Shown: positions 55,633 to 64,000 of the stretch, piece after piece
How positions within the stretch are numbered: the stretch's first letter is position 1
Layout of the letters: the number at the start of each line of letters is the position of its first letter
From: the human T2T-CHM13v2.0 reference genome, Homo sapiens
Assembly: GCF_009914755.1 (NCBI RefSeq)
Contig: NC_060944.1
Strand: one strand, 5' to 3'
DNA: 64,000 bases
Notes under the pieces: model-generated
What the model was told of the DNA's origin: nothing
The model's database searches: none
The model's input: only the letters and a program-made list of their open reading frames with translations
Program-made: the position numbers and the translations under genes

Positions 55633-56012
55633 TATCTTATCTTAGTTTGTTTTGTGTTGTTATGACAGAATACTTGAGACTGAGTAGTTTAGAAAAAATT
55701 GTTTATTTTGCTCATGGTTCTGGAGGCTGGGAAGTCCAAGAGCATGGTGCCAGCATCTTGTGAAGGCCTTCATGCTACATCATTCCTTGGCAGAAGGTAG
55801 AAGGGCAAAAGAGCATGAAAGCAAGAGAGAGAGGTGGCCAAACTTACTTTTGTAACTAATTTACTCCCACAATAATGACATTAATCCATTTATAACAGCA
55901 GAGCCCTCATGACCAAATCACCTCTTGTTAGGCCCCACCTCCAAACTCTGTTGCCATGGGGGATTAAGTTTCCAACACATGAATCTTGAGAGACACACTC
56001 AAGCCATAGTAT
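55633..56012 (-). mobile_element. MSTC/MSTD-like MaLR LTR
   Basis: GCTCATGGTTCTGGAGGCTGGGAAGTCCAAGAGCATGG..GGGGATTAAGTTTCCAACACATGAA. Confidence 0.85.
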
Positions 56013-56734
56013 ATTTACATTGATTAGCTAGCTTTTCATAATGAAGAATTCAATATTAGTAAGCCACACCATGAAATCCTACAAATAAGTACAGTATGTT
56101 CTGAGATAAATTAAAAACAATTCATAACAATTCAGTAGCACATTTATCAGATTTGCTTTCAGTCTTGAACAAGGTAAGTCAATAATTCATTTGATGCTTA
56201 ATGGCAGTTAATTCTTATGAAGATCATTCAAATATAAAAACACAACAATGACCTGAAAGCCTAACCTGAAGGTTCTTATCAAGAGATACCAAAGTAAAGA
56301 CAACAGAAAACAATTGCAGAATATTTACTATGTGATTGTTCTTATGGGAGACTCCTGAACTAGGTGACAAACATATTCTCAGAGATTCAGGTTCATTATT
56401 TCTGTTGGGTATTAAGCCATTATGCTGTAAATTTCCAAGCATGAGTTCTTCCCAAAGCCCATTTATTCTTCATATTGCCTCATGCATTCTCAAAGTCCTA
56501 GCATCAAACTAAAGGCATGGTTTATTTCTTCTCTGGGAGCTATAGAAGTAAACTCCATTTGAAGTCTTGGCCCTATGCCCTACACATTGTTGCCAGAATA
56601 ATCTTGGCAAAATTTATGCTCAAAGACTTGTAATAACTCTCACTCACCTAAAATAGAGTAACTGTGAATAACTTAATCTGGTATTCTTAGTTTTCTAGAC
56701 ACTATCTTTCCAGCCTTATTACCAATGATTTCAC

Positions 56735-57095
56735 TGTGCATTGCTGAGATTCAGCTGACCTAAACTAAATGTGGCTAGTCTGGGCTCCAAGCTGCAGGTT
56801 GGGCCCAATGCCTCGTCCACAGGTCCCTCTTCCTTCTTGAACTGGCAGCTATGTGAGGCATGATCTTCTCTTTGTGATGGATGGCTGGAGCACAAGAAGG
56901 ACATAGGCAAACATGTTGACTTTTACAGTGTAGGCTTGGAGTTGGCACATTGTCACTTTGGGTTATGTTCCATGGGCCAAAGAAAGTCACGTGACTGGGC
57001 CCAGCATCAGTGGGGCAAAGAAGTGCATGCTGTCTATAGAAGTCACGGAGGGGAGTGGTGAATACATATTTGATGAACAATAATATAATATACCC
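56735..57095 (-). mobile_element. Old MLT1 (I/J-like) LTR fragment
   Basis: GGCTCCAAGCTGCAGGTTGGG..CCATGGGCCAAAGAAAGTCACGTGACTGGGCCCAGCATCAGTGGGGCA. Confidence 0.65.
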
Positions 57096-57672
57096 ATAAA
57101 ATGTAACAGAATAACATTTTTCATAATCAATAACATTGCTAAAATTATTAAACAGTTTTTATTTTATGTAAAATAAAATGAAGGCTTAACATTGCCTGGG
57201 TGAAGTTTGATATAGGATTTGAAGTCCATGTTCTTAAATTGTTGAGTTTTTTTTATGACTTCCATTGAACAGAGATCAGGTCCATTTACTGGAAAGAATT
57301 GTTTGTAAACCGAGTTCTTTCTATGGCCATTTTTCAAGGCTGGAAATTGTTCCATGATATGTTCTTTGAGTTTCTTTCTCTACCTCCATCATCCCTGATA
57401 ATGGCTAAGCTCTCCCAGAAGTGCACACAGATGAGGCCAAATGTAGTACTGTCTTGGTAGAGAGAACAGGGGCTTTGGTACAAGTAAAATGAGTCCACCA
57501 CAGACTGGCTCTGAACTCAGGTCAAGTCATGTAAACTCACAAGTCTATATAGTTACTTAGTAAAGCTTGCCTGAACTGACTAATGGGTTGCTGTGTTGAT
57601 TACGTGAGATACTATCAGAAAACACAATTCAAAATATTAATTATAAAATAGATATCCTTATTTATACAACCA

Positions 57673-58836
57673 AAGTCACATGTCACTTAAAGAGGGGGAT
57701 ACACTCAGAGAAATGTATTGTTTAGTGATTTTATCATTGTGTGCAAACATCATAGAGTGTACTACACAAACCTAGATGGTATAGCCTACTACACGCCTAG
57801 GCTATATGGTGTAGTCTATCGCTCTTGGGCTGTAAGCCGGTACAGCATGTTACTATACTCAACATTGCAGGCAATTGTAACACAGAGGTATCTAAACATA
57901 AATAAACTTTGAAAAGGTACAGTAAAAATATGGTATAAAAGATAAGAAATGGTATGCCAGTAAAGAGCACTTACCATGAATGCAGCTTGCAGGACTAGAA
58001 GTTGCTCTGGCTGAGTCAGTGAGGGAGTGGTGAGTGAATGTGAAGGCCTGGGACATTACTGTACACTGTAGACTTTATACACACTGTACACTTAGGCTAC
58101 ACTAAATTTATTTAAAATAATTTTCTTCATTAATAGCCTTAGCTTACTATAACTTAAACATTTTTAATTTTTAAAACTTTTCAACTCTGTAAAAATAATA
58201 CTTTGCTTAAAATACAAACAACATACAACTGTACAAAAATATTTTCTTTATATCCATATTTTTTGAAAAAAATTTATATCTATCTTCATTTTTATGCTGT
58301 TGAAAACTAAGAGATAAACAATACATTTGCCTAGGCCTACACAGGGTCAGGATCATCAATATCACTGTTTTCCGCCTGCACACTGGAAGATATTCAGGGT
58401 CAATAACATGTATGGAGCTGTCATTTTCTATGGTAACTATGCCTACTTCTGGATACTTCCTGAAGGACTTGCCTGAAGATGTTTTACAATGGACTTTTTG
58501 TTTAATACGTAGAAGGAGCATACCCTAAAGTAACAACAAAAACTCTAGTATAGTAAATACATAAATCAGTAACATATTTATTATTATTATACATTATTAT
58601 GTACTGCACACAATTGTATGTGCTATGCTTCCATATGACCGACAGCACAGTAGCTTTGTTTACACCAGCATCACCACAAACAACACAAGTAATGCATTGT
58701 GCTGTGATGATGTGATGGTTACGATTTCACTAGACGATAGGAATTTTTAAGCTTCATTTTGATCTTATGGGACCACCATCATATATGTGGTTGTTGACTA
58801 AAACATTGTTATGCACTTTTGAAATTACATAACTGT
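57673..58836 (+). mobile_element. Tigger3b/Golem-like DNA transposon fossil
   Basis: ACACAAACCTAGATGGTATAGCCTACTACACGCCTAGGCTATATGG..GGGACCACCATCATATATGTGG. Confidence 0.88.
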
Positions 58837-59138
58837 AATTTGTCTAGACTACAGTCCCTATATATTCTAGTTTTTTTCTACTGTTTACTTATTTAATTTA
58901 CTTTGTCTTTAGCTAGTAGTCAGTTGTCATTAAGAATAAAGCAAAAATTTTCATTTATAAACGGCTAATGGCATTCCTACATTAATTCTTGTCCTTAGAG
59001 ACCATCGACTGAAATAGATTATAATAAATATGATCAATTAGCTAATCATTTAATGAATCATTCGGGACACAATAATTGTTTCAAAATTTCCATTGCATAC
59101 CACCACCTAATAGATATTGACCACAAAAGAAATATCTC

Positions 59139-59318
59139 AGGGGAGGGGGGAGAGATAGCATTAGGGGATATACCTAATGCTAAATGACAAGTTAATGGGT
59201 GCAGCACACCAGCATGGCACATGTATACATATGTAACTAACCTGCACATTGTGCACATGTACCCTAAAACTTAAAGTATAATAATAATAATCATTAAAAA
59301 AGAATGAATTAAAAAAAA
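59139..59318 (+). mobile_element. Short 5'-truncated L1PA (PA3-5-like) 3' end
   Basis: GGGGAGGGGGGAGAGATAGCATTAGG..CCCTAAAACTTAAAGTATAATAAT; TSD AAGAAATATCTCA. Confidence 0.92.
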
Positions 59319-59633
59319 GAAATATCTCATTGAATCAAGTAATTTTTTCCTCATTTTTATTATACGTGATAATTATCTCAATAAATATCTCAAGACTTAC
59401 TAAAATTCAATAAAGTAGCCCTGTTAAAATACTTAGGATTGCTAAAATTCTCCATTTCATTTTATGTGTGAATGGTTTGCTGAAAAGAAAAGAAATAAAT
59501 GATTGAGACATATATCCTGGATTTATTTTTCATCTTGGATTTTGATCTTTAGCAATTTTATTTAATAACATCTCTGTGAAAACCCATGATTTCATGTCAT
59601 TGGTAGTTTTGACAAGTTCAAAAGAGCCAATCA

Positions 59634-59984
<351 letters not shown>

Positions 59985-60699
59985 CTATGTTTCTGAAGTA
60001 AGCCTGCCAAATTTAGGCAATGTATTTGGAAAGACTTTTTAGTTCTAGGTGTTATATTCTTTACAGCTAGATTCATTTAACTGGAGAGTACTTACAGTAT
60101 GATCGAGAAAAATAATACAAACATAAATGCTGTGGAATCATGGAACTGTGTTTATATATCACAGATCTCAGAGATATAAATTAATCATTCAATGAGAAAT
60201 ACCATCCCTGAAAATGAACATGACTATAATAAAATCAATGAGCAGCTATATATAAAATCCATCTTTCTTAAACGTATTAGTGTTTTATAAACACTAATAT
60301 AAAATACAAATGTGAATAAATATAAATTTTCTCCAACAATTTTGTCTTTAGTTTGAAAAGTATAGTCTTTTGCAAAGTTCATAAATTGGTATGTAAACAT
60401 TTTCAGTTATCCTAGGGTGGAGATCATCTTGAAACTTCAAAGTGAACATATTGACATAGGTCACAGAACAACACATTAATAAGAGCCCCCAAATGAATTG
60501 CCACACAGCAGACTTCATTCCATCTTTTTTACATGATGAAATAGTCTTCCTGTTAATGAAAAATGCTCCAGGCCCTGAGAAGGCCTGGGCTGCATGAGTC
60601 AAGGAGAGGGTAGCATGAAGACAAAAGGATTCTAATTCCAAGTAGTAGCATATGGAGAGCCCGCTGCCAAAGGGTTTCAGTTCCTCAATCATCTGTGGT

Positions 60700-61145
60700 C
60701 TTGACAATGTGACTGTGCAACTAACTCCTCCCTGCAGAGGATGGTGGCATCTGTTTCTCCACCTTTTGAATCTGGGCTGGCCTTTGGACTTGGCAAGGCC
60801 AATAGAGATTTGAGCCTGGGTCTCAAGGGACCTGGCACTTCTGCTCCCTTTCTGTTGGAGTCCTGCCAGCATCTTGGGAACAAGTTCCAGAAGATAGCTA
60901 GAGGATGGGAGCACATGAAGAGCAGATCACAACCATCCCTGGGGAGCCCAGCCTGGACCAGCTACAGCCACCCGTCTCCCAAACATGGAGAGAGACCCCC
61001 GAGTTTAGCAGAGCTGCATACCTGACCCACAGTGAACCACATATGCATGAGGGAGTCCAGGTGAGATCACAGGAACATCCAGCTGGCCCATAAGCTTATA
61101 AGCAGTAATATCTACTTATGATTCTTAGCTACTGCTTTTGAGTTG
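60700..61145 (+). mobile_element. MLT1F/G-like MaLR LTR
   Basis: TTTCTCCACCTTTTGAATCTGGGCTGGCC..TTTGAGCCTGGGTCTCAAG. Confidence 0.65.
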
Positions 61146-61559
61146 TGCCAACTCATGCTGAGGGTGCAGTGTTTTTTAGAATATCTCAGTGCTTTCTAAA
61201 AAATTTTTATTTTTCCCCCCACAGAAACTGCTATTTTCATGCTAGATTTAATCAAACTTACAGTGGTTTTGTAGTTGTGAGATAATTCATTGGCTTAAGC
61301 ACATTTATCGAAACTCCTATAAAATGTGTTTGAATTAAGTAAGCAAATCAATTTCCTGTCTTGTTGTCCTATACCTTAGACTAGCTAACTAGTAAATTTG
61401 TACATAGTAAAAAGTAAATAGTGAAAAAAGGTACAAGTAAGAAGTAGTAAAAATAAAGTAGCAAAATATTTTGTTCAAATAGCACTGCCAGTACCAAAAG
61501 CGGGAGTCCAAATGAAAAAAAAAATAACTAAAACGAATATTAGTTTGCAGATTTAAAAG

Positions 61560-62880
<1,321 letters not shown>

Positions 62881-63113
62881 GAATGTAACACATATTTACA
62901 CATTCGCTTCCTAGAAGCAATCACAAGAAATTGATACCACTTACCGCTTTGGGAAAGAAACTTGGCAGGGAAAGGAGCGAAGTTCCTTTTTAGTTTTATT
63001 CCTTTCTGAACTGTCTGTATGTCCAAATTTGATTTTTTTAAAATATAGGCTTATTGGGAAATTAGATTATATATTTATTTGTAGTAAGGCAAATGGAAAA
63101 AAAATAAAGAATA

Positions 63114-63640
<527 letters not shown>

Positions 63641-64000
63641 TCAATATTTATTTAGATTTATTTTGGAAAAATATCCAATATATCCAGCTATTTAACAAAA
63701 TTGAGGATTAAAACTATTTGATTTGGTGCTATTTTTGGACATGCATATTACACCAACAGAATAGCTGCTGATGCAAACCTGTTTGTTCCCTCTAGACAAG
63801 GAGATTAGAAACGGTAGGTAGATTCCTCCTTAAGAAAGAAGCAAATAACTTGAAATACAATTTGTTTTGTTTCTTGTATTTGAAAGTGCAGTTTACACAA
63901 GCCAAATAGACACCATATGGCCTTCAGTAATTTGACATTGAAGAGCAATGCATGATTTGTATTCTATTTCCAGCTACTGCACAGTGAATGTGCTGTGATA

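Noticed and set aside
60348-60914. 188-aa minus-strand ORF
   Set aside because: The first third is antisense MLT1 LTR; no recognisable domain or splice context.

Overview
This is AT-rich, repeat-dense primate DNA, almost certainly human: it carries one AluYa5 and one Ya5-lineage (Ya4-like) Alu, both near-perfect. I find no recognisable protein-coding gene, RNA gene or CpG island, and nearly all listed ORFs are artefacts of repeats. The largest structure is a decayed minus-strand MER57-type class I endogenous retrovirus (~2190-10898). It keeps a 3' LTR, polypurine tract, env-TM remnant (immunosuppressive domain plus CX6CC), integrase remnant, tRNA-Leu PBS and a truncated 5' LTR, and carries several nested insertions. 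One of these (3887-4452) looks like a TSD-bounded retrocopy or transduction that carried an AluS plus a much older L1ME 3' end. The rest is a mosaic of Alu, L1, L2, MIR, MaLR/ERV solo LTRs and DNA-transposon fossils. Non-repeat islands hold a CTCF-like motif (28014), a TATA/ORF/exon-like island (~46.9-47.4 kb) and a candidate 18-nt microexon near the right edge. I cannot support a new biological system. Repeat family names come from recalled consensus sequences, and old-element boundaries are approximate.
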